39,128 bases of DNA from Dirinaria sp. TL-2023a. Its lineage: Eukaryota. Under the pieces are notes generated by a model. That model was given only the letters and a program-made list of their open reading frames with translations, was not told the origin of the DNA and searched no databases. Shown one piece after another: positions 1 through 11,914 of the stretch (position 1 is the stretch's first letter; each line of letters opens with the position of its first letter). Location: the NCBI GenBank assembly GCA_051941275.1, contig JAVEBF010000051.1, positions 1 through 39,128 on the forward strand, written 5' to 3'. Made by a program: the position numbers and the translations under genes.

Positions 1-201
1 TTATTATACCCATGACGAATTGATCTTTTTGGAATTGGATTTGGAAGATGCCATTTTTGAAATTGAAATGGAGACCCAAAAAAGATAATATACAAGGTTT
101 TGGGTATATTATTAAATTTATATAAACATTCATCCCCGGAATCTATCTGCCTTCTCTCCTCTTTCTTTTCTTTTCTATCAATGAGGCCTTTGATTGATCT
201 C

Positions 202-2279
202 TCACGAATCATCACCCGCACACAGCCCCCCGTCTCTCCCCTCCGTAATGCCAGGGTGCACGGTGAACTCTCCCCAAGTGGGGAACTCATCCAACGCCTC
301 CGCCTCTTTGACTACGCTACTCACCACACTGACCTTCAAATCCTGCACCTCTGCACTCGGCACATACGTATCGTCCATCCTCGTGACCCTCCAATGCAGA
401 TTCCGTCTCAGATACCCTTCTACAGCCTCACAATCCTCCAGATCGACCTGTCCGGCATCGGCTTGCGCCTGCAGGGTGCGTGTCAGCGGGATGGTGCCGG
501 TGACGATACTCGAAAGGGCACTGTCGAGCGCTGCGGAGGCGTTGGTGAAGGGCGTGAAGACGGCGTGCGAGCCGACGAGGTTGGGTTCGAAGGACCAGCA
601 GGCCGGGTCCGGGTTGAAGTCCCCGAGGAAGATGTGGATGAAGAAGGCGGTCTGTAAAGCCATTTTCTCGACCCGGATGTTCGTGATCCATTCCCTGTAG
701 TAGCCCGGTGCGAGCGCTTGTAGGGTCGTGGCTACGTTGGCGGATGCGGCTGCGGCGGGGGCTACGCCGGCTGCGACGGCAGCGGCGAGGCCTTTGTTTG
801 TTGTTGTTCCTGCAGAGGAAGAAGAAGAAGAGGAGGAGGAGGAGGAATCGGGTGCAGTGGCTTGCATGGCGCGCTTGGTGATTTTTTTCCCCGACGACGG
901 GCCGTAGAGTTTGTTCACGGCGGCTTTGGCGGACGAGACGGTCGCGCCGTCGGTTTCCGGGTAGGTGTACCCGAACGTGGTCGTGTAGCGGGCAGAGGAT
1001 GAGGTCCAGAATGTGCCGGACGTGTCTTTGTGGAAGGGCGCGAGCGGGGTGTTGGTGTCGACGTTTTGGCCAGCTTTGAGCACGGCGGTCCCGTATTTGA
1101 TTTGGTTCTTGGCGGGCATCCAGTTGTTTGGGTAGATTGCTTGCCAGATGGCGAAGAGGCGGTCCACGTTGGCGTGGTGGAGCCAGAAGATGGGGTCGAA
1201 CGCTGAATAATCGATCTGTAAAAAGAGGTTAAAATTCAGGATTTGGTGGGAGAAAAAAAAAAAGTGCGCGTAGAGAACGTACGATAGCCATGTGTCCACC
1301 ATTGCCCACTAATCCGTGGATTTGATCATGGATGGATTCCAAACTGTCATATGTGCCTGGCGAGTTCGGGATCCAGCCCTCATTACCAAAATGCTCGAAT
1401 TTCCAGTACACTTGAAGGATGTTCATGAATCGCTGACTGTAGGAAGGTTGGGACTGCAGGATTTGTGCTGCCACTGCGTCATTGCGACTGGTCGCCGACG
1501 CCGTTTTCGATGATGGGTATCTCAAGGTGCTCTTCCAGATATCAAACTACTCGCCATTAGCACACTTTACACGCATCATGCGGTTGTCAAAAACGTACCG
1601 GGTTGTTCGGAAGGTCGGACGCGGATAAGGGATGGAATTTAAACGCGTACAACGGATTGACAATTCTTGTCGTTCCATTGGGCAGGGAAAGATCCAGGTA
1701 TGACTGCGTGCCTGTCCAGGTTCCCTTGAAAAACGACGGATATACCTGACCCCCTTGTGCTGGAGCAGCCCAATCCCAGTAGGGCATGCGGAAAGTTTTC
1801 GCAGCGGCAACGTAGGTCGATTTGTCTTGTGTCATCTCGTTCGCAACCTCCTGAACAATGCCGTATAGGATCTGTTCGTACAGAGCCAGGTATGGTCGGT
1901 GCCAGGTGGGAAAGAGGACGATCTCGTGTGTACAGTAGCCCGCACTCTGTTGCAATTGGACCCCATCCCAGGGCACAAAAGGCCGGCCGTGGATGCCCGA
2001 CACCTGATAATAACTCGACCTGTCCGACTGAGACATGCCTTGGAACCTATTCAAAGCCAGCAGGAAGAGGTTCCATTGCGGAGTATTCTTCTGCAGCTGG
2101 CGAATCTCCAACCGCTGGTGGGTACCGGAGGACTTGAGACCGGTAATGGCGAGAGTGGAGGCGCGTCTGCTGAACTGGGAGTCCTGTTGATCCTGCAGCG
2201 GCACACCATACACAATACTAGCAATTACACTTGTAAGAAGGAAAAAGAGTGTCGAATGCAACCCGAATTGGAAAACCAT
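202..2279 (-). CDS. Secreted fungal tyrosinase (type-3 copper protein) with C-terminal shielding domain, about 652 aa; exons 2279-1599, 1546-1283, 1215-202
   Basis: Hydrophobic N-terminal signal. CuA motifs GIHGRPF...YCTHEIVLFPTWHRPYL, PYWDWA, CuB motifs HDQIH and DPIFWLHHANVDRLFAIWQ, and a LYG core end. Introns 1598-1547 (GTACGT..GCTAAT..TAG) and 1282-1216 (GTACGT..CAG) join three ORF-track fragments in frame. Confidence 0.93.
814..846. repeat. (GAA/GAG)n trinucleotide microsatellite encoding the poly-Ser run in the tyrosinase linker
   Basis: gaggaagaagaagaagaggaggaggaggaggaa is visible directly and reads as a Ser run on the minus strand. Confidence 0.85.
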
Positions 2280-3053
2280 GATAGCGAATGTGGTGCGCCT
2301 GGTGGCGAGTATAAAAGATCGTAGTAGTGGGAATTCTACAGCAGATAGCCACGAGAGGACATAGCACTACGCTTCTAATGCGAGCAAAGACAGCGCTATA
2401 ACAGACATGAAAGAAAGACGAGTATGAATGAGACAACGAGCAGCACAGCCCAACAGACACGAGAGGCAAAAGAGAAAATAGTAGTAGTGAAAAGAGCAGA
2501 CCAGGACAAGCCATGGTCATTGGGGGAAGACTACGTAGTCAGCCAGCAATGCAGCCAGCGGGACCCAGGGGGCCGTCAAACACGAGAAAGGTCATTAGTT
2601 AATCTCCCAAAGTGGTCCGGGTCGAGTTTAGACGACCTTAGATTGAAACCGACAGCGACGGTTCAAACCGGCGGAGCCCCTGAACGAGAAACAATCACAC
2701 ATCAGATTCAGTACGTTCCGTCGCTGTGGTTCGATTGAGCCGCAACCGAGCGAATCGCCGTTCTCCGCTAGAGGCCCACTGAGCGACCGAGGGGATCTTT
2801 TCACTACTGCTCCGTATTGTGATATTACTGAGACACTCTACCGGTGTGGCACAGGGCATTATCGTTGGGCACTACAGTGAATAGACGATAGACAGGGGAA
2901 TGTCCGAATATAGCAATTGGGCACATTATTGGCATATCCATAATCCGTCCCGGTGCGCGGCAGCAAGAGAGAGGAAGAAGCTTTGGGGAAGCTGCATGCG
3001 ATTGGCCCAATGGTCTTCCAAGCTTTGGGCTTCTGTTCGCGCTGGTCCCTTTC

Positions 3054-3097
3054 GGGTCCCTGGGACCCTGATTCCCTGAACCCCCTGAACCCCCTGA
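3054..3097. repeat. 7-bp inverted repeat GGGTCCC-T-GGGACCC followed by four tandem CCCTGA units, upstream of the tyrosinase
   Basis: Inverted repeat at 3054-3068; CCCTGA at 3066, 3074, 3083 and 3092. Confidence 0.7.
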
Positions 3098-3682
3098 GCA
3101 TCACACACGCACACGCAAATCTCTATCCTATGGACCTGAAAAGTGCAAGGCTGTCCGGTGTACCAACCAACTTGCCGAACTCCCTTGAAAGTACTTATGA
3201 ATATATCTCCACATCTTCACTGCTGCTTCGGATCATAGCCTTTACAAGACAGGGTACCCCATTCTTTCAAGGTATTATTATTCCGCCTCGCACATGCAGC
3301 GGCTCCTTGGCCTGCGGATAGTGCCAGCCATCCCGAGATTAACCCAACCGTTAAATCATCCTCCCGCTAACCGCCCAACGCACATGCTGACGCTGCAACG
3401 GTTTAGTGTCCAGCTCAAGTAATATTAATACGTAGATATCTCGGATGTGAGCATCACGTTCACACCTCGTTGTTTAGGTGGGTAGCCTGTTCAGCGTAAG
3501 ACATGTCGCCCAGCCTTAGGAAATCGTCAACTACACAGTCAAAATGAATCACACGACGCTGGCTGCAGGAGTACGTAGTGATAGCGCATGATCGTGAACG
3601 AAGCAAAAACCTCGACAACAGAGGTCCCTCATCCAGCACGGGGCTTCACTGCCCGGTCCGTCTCTGCTCCTAAAGTTCTCCG

Positions 3683-5864
3683 TCATGCTTCAGCTGGCTC
3701 TTTCTCCTGCTCTACGGGTGCTTCAGATGCATGAAAAGCGTCCCCAAATGCCGTGTCATCCAGCCCCAAGTCTCCATGATCGTCGAGCCCCAGCTCGGCG
3801 TTGTTCCCTTCCTCGAACCCGGACAGTGCTTCACCCGCCGTATCCAGATTGCCGAAGTCCACCGTGTCCTGGAAGTCGGTCGGATTGAATTCCGAGGGCG
3901 CGTTGTCGCCCTGCTCGGGTGCAAAATCTTGGAGAGCCGCCCCAGCGGTGTTGAAATCATCGCCAGACGGCTCAACATGGCCTTCCGCAGATGCTTCCTG
4001 GACCACCTCTTCCAACTCGGGTGCTCCGTGGGCCTGAGGAGTGTTCGAATCATTGTCCTTATTGACCAATACCCAATCGCCTATCTCGGCATCTTTGTTG
4101 TCAACGTCTGATCGGCCTTCAGCCATGGTGATGTCTTCACCTGGCACCCTTTCGATTTGCTCAAAATCTTGAGCGCCGTCGCTTTGGATTGCCTCCGGTG
4201 GCTGTTGGTAACTCTTCGGGGTTTGGCCAGCAGAGTCATTGTCTCTATTGGCCTTGTCTTGTCCGTTCTGGAATGGTGCAGGATCGGCCGTTTGAGCGTC
4301 GAAATCGTTCATTTGCTCGTCAATGTCAAGGCCTCGAGCGTCCGCATCGTTTGCTTGGGTTTTCTCCTCCAAACCCCCGTTCTGTATACATTCAATATCT
4401 TTCACAGACTTTACGGTCTGGCCCAGGCTCTCAGCTACTTTCTCAACCAGCTCTTCTAGCCGCTCGGTCTGGCCAACGCTGACTTCGCCGTTTGGCTTGG
4501 TGGCAGCTTGGCTTCTCAATTGATGCTCAGCTTCCTTGAGCATGACGCCTTTGTTGATTTTAGACATGCGTTTCGCATGCTGTTGTCTCAGTTTGTCCAT
4601 TTCAGATTGTATTGCGGATATTCGTTGTGTAGCCTTCGCCATAAAATCTTCAGCCTTACCTTCCGACAAGCGTCCCACTCGAGGGATTGTTTTACCAGTG
4701 CCCAATGGAGATTCGTTGCTCGTAGGCGTACCAAAGAAATCTCTTGTAAGGGACTCGATTTCGCCTTTTCGACCCAAGCCGAGTTCGACTGGTATAATCT
4801 GACTGGTGCCGTATGGCGAGGAGAAGATCTCTTCCATCCATTCGTGATGCTGCTTGTAGCGAGCGGCGCTGATGTCTCTGGGCGTAAGAGTGTCCAGGCT
4901 ATCGCCATGGATGGCATCTTCCACATCGATGCTCGAATCCTGCAGCACAGCGGCCACTGGAGGTCTGGTCATTCCATGCGCATGGCCAGGTCCCACCTGG
5001 CGTTGACGCTTTGCCGGTGAAGGGCCGACGCCACCATGGCTCCCTGCCTGCTGATGTAGCATGTACGACTGCTGGCTGCGGTGCATCTGGTTCATAACGT
5101 TGTTCGGATAAGTAGAAGCAGGATGCCAACCTGCTTGTGGCACTCCACTGTTCGGTAAATTGATGTTAGGCCAACTGTTCCGGTCATGGAGCATAAAATC
5201 TTTTCGGACCAGTTGACCATGCTGGTGTAGATATTTCCGTTGGGTCAGCGCCGTCTGGATCTGCGCAGTCACTGCTATGCGGTTCGCAGGAATATGATAC
5301 TGGGATTCAGCTCGAGTATAATGCACAAGCCACAAAGACGTGTCAGGTGCCAGTGTGCTCGGGTTCGGATGTGCAGTCGGCACCAAACGATATCTTTTTC
5401 GAGCATGGGTAGCTAGAGTCTCATGAGATGGGTGGTAACCACTTCTGTAATAGTACATTTCCACCATCTACCAGTGTCAGCATCGAGAGCCAGCAGACGC
5501 CCTGTCTCGATTTGCTTACGTAGCCCCGGACCTCTTGAACAAAAGGTTGCTCCACACCTGCCCAGACATAACCATCCGTGGCGAAGTGCGTCCCGAGTTG
5601 TGGAGGTTGCCATACGATCATACTGTAACCATCGGCTGGCGCGTCTAGAAACTGCCAATGCATGGGCGCGAATTCCCGCGTTATCTGTGGTGCTTGCACC
5701 AAGTATTCGACAACCTTCTCCAGAGGAAGGGTGGCATAGTGAGGGTAGTTCTGATTGGATATCAGGTGGATATGCGGCAACTGGAGCTCGTTAGAAAGGT
5801 ATGTCAACGAGATTATCGGCTCTCTTACCAGCGCCGGTGGGACTCCACCCGCAGGATCGTTCAT
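3683..5864 (-). CDS. ssr4: DUF1750 / Ssr4-like SWI/SNF and RSC complex subunit, about 693 aa; exons 5864-5829, 5780-5520, 5467-3683
   Basis: Family-like segments LPHIHLIS, W.FLDAPADG, FATDGYVW, HARKRYRL, LWLVHY and RYKQHHEWMEEIFSSPY, plus an acidic tail. Introns 5828-5781 (GTAAGA..CTAAC..CAG) and 5519-5468 (GTAAGC..CTGAC..TAG) keep frame. Confidence 0.82.
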
Positions 5865-6282
5865 ATTACTAGTCGCGCTGCTCACAGCTTGATCTCAGAC
5901 TTCCAGCTTGAGCGTAAAATGGCTGGTGATAAAGCTTTCAGTTCAGCTTGACTGTTGGTCATGAGTGGTAGGAGGAAGGTAGCTCGTGGAAGGAAAGACG
6001 CTAAGATGTAAAGGGTTTAGCACCATCTTCAAGCCCAATACTACCTTAAAAGCCTACAGTACATATTTATGCTATCTATCTCTACAGCACATCACTACTT
6101 CAAGTATTGAAAGCCTCTAGAAGCTCAGCAGTACCTTCTCATATAAGACAGGTATTTGTGAAACATCACCATCCGCAGGTCAAAAGCTCTCTACTCGGAA
6201 ATCTACATGCAACCATTGGTGAAATGTCACTCTGCCAAAGCCAACCAAGTTTCCGGGTATACAAAAGGTGCTCGCGCGCGCA

Positions 6283-7996
6283 ATGAATAATACGCAGTTT
6301 CGTCGTATGGTGGTGGACAGTCCCGCTACGGCATCAAAGAGTGATGGGGGAGTGTCTGGATCTGCGCCCCGTGGAGGCGCTGCCACGCCAGCTCTAGGTT
6401 CGCGCATGAGATCTAGTATTCCAATGACACCGTACGTCTGCCGCTCTTTTCAAAGTTTCCTCACCAAATTTTAACGGTAGACGCAGTCGCTCTGTTGTAG
6501 GTTCTTCCGGAAATGACTTCGCTCGCCAAGTCGCAGAACGCGACGCATCGCTCAAGGCTCCTTCGATCAAAAAGTTCCGCTCTGCTGCTGCCCCGAAGGG
6601 CACCAAGCTTGCCTCTGGCTACACCGATCGAACCCAACAGAGAATATCGGAAGAAGAGGACGACAAAGCGACGAGGGTCAAGGCACTAGAAGACATGGTC
6701 AAATTGGGCCAAATGGATCAAGCTACGTTTGAAGCATTGAGAGATGAAATCGTAGGTGGTGACGTAAAAAATGTTCACTTAGTCAAGGGCTTAGATCGGA
6801 AATTATTGGAAAGGGTTCGTCGCGGCGAAAACGTGCTCGCGGACAAGACTGAGGCAAATGAAGCTTCCACGAAGGTTGCCAGCCCAGAGCGACGGGCCTC
6901 TCCAAGCGCGGATAACGACTTAGACCAAGAGTTCGAGCAACTAGCAGACAAGGAGGTCCAACCAGTTGCGAAGCCTGAGAGCGAGAAAAAGGGGGTCATG
7001 GCGCCGCCTCCACCAGTAGCCGGAAGGAAGAGAACGCGTGATGATATATTGAAGGAGTTGAAAGCATCACGACAAGCAGCCACACCAGCATCAACAGAAT
7101 CTCAACCTGCAAAACCCAGCTTGGGCCCACGTTTCATGAAGGTTGGAAAGAAGAGAGAGAGCTCAAGGATAGAAAGGGACGAACGAGGTAGGGAAGTCTT
7201 AATTACGGTAGACGAGAATGGCAAAGTGAAAAGGAAGGTTAAGAAGGCAAAGGAGGCGGCGCCACCAAGTCATGGGCTGCTAATGCCTGATAAGGACGCA
7301 AAGCCGTTAGGCATGGAAATTGTTGAAGCGGCACCAGCGCCCGAAGTTGAAGAAGTAGACATTTTCGAGGGTGTGGGTGCAGACTATGATCCCCTAGAGG
7401 GTCTGGGAGATGGCTCGAATGACTCAGAAGACGGAGAGACGGATTCTCGGGTGTCTCCACCAGATGGTGAAGATCAAAGTACTTCATTGCGGCCACCACT
7501 ATCAACAGGTCAGGCAAGCATGCCACCACCACCATTACCGACCAAAGCCACAGCAAACAAACGTAATTACTTTGGCGATGCGGAAGAAGACCCATCCGCA
7601 AATACAGGAGCAACGTCCAAGAGTCTCGATGACCCGACGATTCTTGCGGCACTCAAGAAGGCTGCGACGCTCAAGCCGTTATCAGCGGGCGATACCGACT
7701 CTGTGGGAGAAGAGGAAACGGCGAAGCTCGCACGCCGTAGGAAGATGCTCGAAAACCAAGACCGTGATGCGGAAGACATGGACTTGGGATTTGGCAGCAG
7801 TCGCTTCGGTGACGAAGAAGAGGCAGATGGGAAGAAGGTCAAGCTCTCAGCGTGGGGTAAGGATGGGGAAGATGGGCAAAGAATCGCGGAGGGGAAAGGG
7901 CCCCGAAAACGAGGCCCGAAAAAGAAGAAGGGAGACGCGAACAACGCGGAAGACGTACTGAAAGCCATGCAGCGAATGAAAGAGAAGCGTGGTTGA
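6283..7996 (+). CDS. RED/IK-like N-terminal domain protein (spliceosome-associated), about 552 aa; exons 6283-6431, 6487-7996
   Basis: MNNTQFRR start, GSRMRSSIPMTPRSV, KFRSAAAPKGTKLASGYTDR and GGDVKNVHLVKGLDRKLL (RED_N-type motif), DIFEGVG.DYDP, Lys-rich C-terminus. Intron 6432-6486 (GTACGT..TTAAC..CAG). Confidence 0.82.
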
Positions 7997-9712
7997 ACAG
8001 AAACCCTGAGCCTTGAAGACTTTTGAAGTGAGCGAGGTTGTCACCAGGTGCCCTCCAGGGGTGCCGTCCCTGAGGCGCCGTACTAATCAGGCTCATGTCC
8101 TCACAAGCATGAGCTCGAGAGTAATTTATCAACACTGCCGGTCTCTGACCTGGCGCTTTCCCATGGGCTAGCTGTACGACGACCATGCTGGCACACGTGC
8201 ATGGGGCGATGAAGCAGCATCGTGCATCGACCTCTGGACAGTACAGATGGGCCACGATGCGAGTTAGCGCTTGCGCTGTGCATCATGGTTACCATTGACG
8301 ACGAAGTTTTATTATTCGAGCAGCTCGCATCTTTTGTCAGCACGAGATTCTGCGTGTTAATCCTCCCGCCAGCATCGATTCTCCTAGCATGTCGATCATT
8401 TGCTACCTTACGACAAACGGCGTGAGCAAGAGACGAAACGAGTCAAGCCATATCCAGGCAGGAAACTTGGAATTGAACCCCACCGAGGTCGCAGATGGTT
8501 TGCATTTGACCTGATCAGGGATGATGAAACAGGTGGGAACAATGAAAGGGACAGTGAGGTGGTGGTGGTAGTGGTGGAGAAAGAAATGGAGCTGCAAGTC
8601 GTCGCTGCAGGCCAAAAGGAGATTTGAGTGGAGGAAAAGTCGAGATCCGAATGCCGGGATTCTGGGCGTTTGAGTGCGTGGTTAGTGCCGCCTTGGCATG
8701 TCTGAAACGGCCGAGGTCCAATTGGCGACTGACTGCACCGTAGACTGCAGTCACTGTCCCAGTGTCCCTCGTGTACCTGCAGTAGTCGCCTTCTTAGCCT
8801 GTTCCCAAACCAGCTTCGGGGGCGGCAGGACAGGGGAGAGACGCCACAGCGCGTGCCCCTGAAACCATCATTTTCTGGTCAACCTGAACCCTGAACCGCC
8901 CTCAGCGTAGAAATTGTAGGGTAGTAATCGAATCATCCATGGGTCGAGCCTGCAGGTAGCATCAGAATTCAGAGTAGCAAGCAGAGAGCGACAAGACAAA
9001 CCATGTCACTCGTCCACTCGCTCTCTTCCTCGCGGTAACTTGCGCAAGCAGATCACATCTTGGGAGCGATTCGCCCTCTCCCCAGAATGGACAACGGATT
9101 GCCGCTTTGCCAATACCTAGGATAATAGGCCACAATAGGTGCCAGCACCATGCAAATATTACGCCATCGAACAGTCTTCGCCTTTTCGCTTCTGCCCGAT
9201 GCTGCACCTGGGAATCCTGGACCCGCGCAAAAAGCTCGTCTCGATGGAAGGGTGTCGACCGGGGCGAGATTAGGGAGAAGGCGGCGTCCTTTGACACGCC
9301 AATGGAAAGCCAATGGAAACGCCCCCGATCGCCCCATTTGTCCAAAAAGAACAAAACAGCCCGGGACACTAAACAAACACTAGTCCGGCTTCTTTCATAT
9401 ACCTTCCTGCCCGCCCCTTTTGGTCTCCCTCTCTTTTTCCTCTTCTCTTTTCTTCTTCCTCTCTACCCATCGTCGTCGTCGTCCTTGTCCTTCTTGGTCT
9501 CCCCAGTCACTCATTGACAGAGCAGTCGCTCGTTCCCTTCTTTCAAAAATCCCAAGAGAGTGTCCCGTCACTCCCTTCACCCTCTTTCCCGAAAGCCCTG
9601 GTCGGCTTCTCGCTGCAAATTGCAAATTGCAAATTTATCTGCCAATTTCCACGCTTTCACCTACTGATACATATCCGACATTTTCCACCGTATTTATTGT
9701 ATCAACGTCGTC

Positions 9713-11359
9713 ATGCCTCGTTTCAATATCGCCCTCGCCGCACTTTTTGCCCCAGTGGCCCTCGCGGTTCCCAAGGCACAGATTTATGGTTATGGCGGTT
9801 ACGGCCACGGGTATGGCCACGCACATAAGCACCCGGCTCCTTCGGCTGTCTCCAGTGCTCCTGTTCCTTCTGGCACTGGCGCGAGCCCCATTGGTGGCTC
9901 GTCTGCGCCATACGGCTTCGGCAACTCGACTGGCATCAGCGGTCCTACCGGTACCGGCACTGGGATCATTGGCACTGGCTCCTCGTCTCTGCCTCTTCAC
10001 ACTGTAACGGTCGTTCCTGTGCCAGTGTCTAGCGGTGTTCCTGGAACTTCTCCAGCTGGGACCTCTGACCTCGGCAACTCCCCGACTGGCGGTTCTTCAG
10101 CTGGTGAATGTGGGCCAGCTACCGTGACCGTGACCTCAGCCAATACGGTCACAGTCACTGTCCCTGCGACTTCTGCCCAAGAAAGCTCGCCTTACTCGGC
10201 CTCGTCAATCCAGTCTGCTCCATATCCCGTCGGCAATAGCACGACCGCAGCCGGACCCACTGGCAGCGGTACAGGCTATGGGACCAGCTTCCCTTTGCCC
10301 AGTGCACCAAGTGTCCCAGTTGTGAACAGTCCACCTGCCAGCACTGACACTCCCGTTGAGACGAACACCGGGTCTCCAGTTGGGGGCTCCTCGGCACCGG
10401 TCTCTGCTCCTGCCTATACGCCCGCCTCTGAAGCTCCTGCTTCGAGCCCTTCGCCCGTGGCCCCGGAGACGACCCCCACAAGCGCCAAGTACAGCGCACC
10501 ATATGTGCCGGCCAGCTCTCCATCTATCCCTGGTGCCGGTTTCTACTCCAAGGCTTCTTCGTCCAAGGCTCCGTCTGCCTCCACTCCCGCCCCTGTCGTA
10601 GCCAGCACCCCTGTGTCGTCCCCTGCACCAAGTCCGTCTTCGTCGCCCTCCACCAGCGGTGGTGACGTCGTTCCTCGGGGTCTCGTCTACAACACTGCCT
10701 CCTTGACAGACCTGTTCAAGGGCAACGCAGTCGGGTGGTGCTATAACTGGGATTCCCAGCCCGGTGGCACGGTTCCCTCGTCCTTCAACTACGTGCCCAT
10801 GCTTTGGAGCACTTCGGACCTGCACCTTCCCAACTGGAAGTCCAACGTTGAGACCGCCATCTCCAACGGCGCGACCCACATCCTTGGCTTCAACGAGCCG
10901 GACCTCTCCGCACAGGCGAACATGGCTCCTCAAGACGCCGCCAGCGCGTGGACCAACATGGAGCAGTTCGGCGGCAAAGTGAAGATCGGCTCTCCAGCCG
11001 TCTGCAACGGCGGCGGCGCAACCGGTCTCAGCTGGCTGTCGTCCTTCTTGGACAAGTGCTCCAGCTGCCAGATCGATTTCATCGCCATCCACTGGTACGG
11101 GCTCGCCACCAGCGACGGCGTCGCTGATCTCAAGAAGCACATCGGCGACACCCAGAAAATCGCCGGCGGGCGTCCCATCTGGCTGACCGAGTTCCAGCCC
11201 AGCGGCTCCACCTCGGACCAACAGAACTTCATGAGCCAGATGCTGCCGTGGTTGGATGACGCGAGCAACGGCGTTGAGCGATACGCGTATTACCAGGTCG
11301 ATGGCATTCTGGCCAGCGGCAACGCCCTGACTGCGTTGGGAGATAAATATGCCTCCTAA
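9713..11359 (+). CDS. Secreted GH128 (Asl1-like) beta-1,3-glucanase with a long Ser/Pro/Thr-rich N-terminal region, 548 aa, single exon
   Basis: Signal peptide. C-terminal domain with WCYNW, YVPMLW, LGFNEPD (acid/base Glu), DFIAIHWY and PIWLTEF (nucleophile Glu), and VERYAY. Confidence 0.9.
   Translation: MPRFNIALAALFAPVALAVPKAQIYGYGGYGHGYGHAHKHPAPSAVSSAPVPSGTGASPIGGSSAPYGFGNSTGISGPTGTGTGIIGTGSSSLPLHTVTVVPVPVSSGVPGTSPAGTSDLGNSPTGGSSAGECGPATVTVTSANTVTVTVPATSAQESSPYSASSIQSAPYPVGNSTTAAGPTGSGTGYGTSFPLPSAPSVPVVNSPPASTDTPVETNTGSPVGGSSAPVSAPAYTPASEAPASSPSPVAPETTPTSAKYSAPYVPASSPSIPGAGFYSKASSSKAPSASTPAPVVASTPVSSPAPSPSSSPSTSGGDVVPRGLVYNTASLTDLFKGNAVGWCYNWDSQPGGTVPSSFNYVPMLWSTSDLHLPNWKSNVETAISNGATHILGFNEPDLSAQANMAPQDAASAWTNMEQFGGKVKIGSPAVCNGGGATGLSWLSSFLDKCSSCQIDFIAIHWYGLATSDGVADLKKHIGDTQKIAGGRPIWLTEFQPSGSTSDQQNFMSQMLPWLDDASNGVERYAYYQVDGILASGNALTALGDKYAS
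9905..10276 (+). repeat. Internal peptide repeat in the GH128 stalk: APYGFGNSTGISGPTGTGTG (9905-9964) and APYPVGNSTTAAGPTGSGTG (10217-10276)
   Basis: Seen in the translation. SPxGGSSA also occurs three times in the stalk. Confidence 0.7.
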
Positions 11360-11914
11360 ATACTTAAGTACCGGTGAAATTGTTTTCTGTTGGAGATGAT
11401 TGGGAGTAGTGAGGTGGGGTAAGGTAAAAAGCATTTACTGCAGCAGCAGCGGAAGGTTTAGACGGACCGGGTAGGAATAGGTACACACGCATTATTGTCA
11501 GGAATCTCAAGAATCTGTTAGACAGAAGATACTTTACTGTTCTTCGTGCACATATTTGATAGTGTTAGTACTTGTGGCAAAATACGATTATGTTTGTCCA
11601 TCTCAACTGTCTTTCTCGCATAGAAACCTTGTCTCATTCGTCGTACTCGCAAGCAGAATTGTAAGAAACAAAGAAATTTTTCTTCTACCTATACCTCCAA
11701 TGGAGCCATCGAACTCATCTACTATGATCTCTCCAATAATTAAAAGATATATGAGCGTTGAGGTATTTTGTCAAAGAAAGAGAAAGAGGATCTTACTATG
11801 ATTCGTCCCAAGTCCGATTCAGGCCAACTAGCTTCTATCCGACAGTCAAATCCCTCGAGCTGATCAATATTATTACTCGTACACGGCGGTAGTGCATACA
11901 CGGCTTAAGATCAA

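Noticed and set aside
2600..2760. GGTTCRA T-loop-like words suggesting tRNA genes
   Set aside because: No cloverleaf stems could be formed around them.
10205..11434. 409-aa antisense ORF over the GH128 gene, and similar antisense ORFs over tyrosinase, SWD3 and TYS1
   Set aside because: These are shadow ORFs expected from GC-rich codon bias on the opposite strand, with no recognisable motifs.
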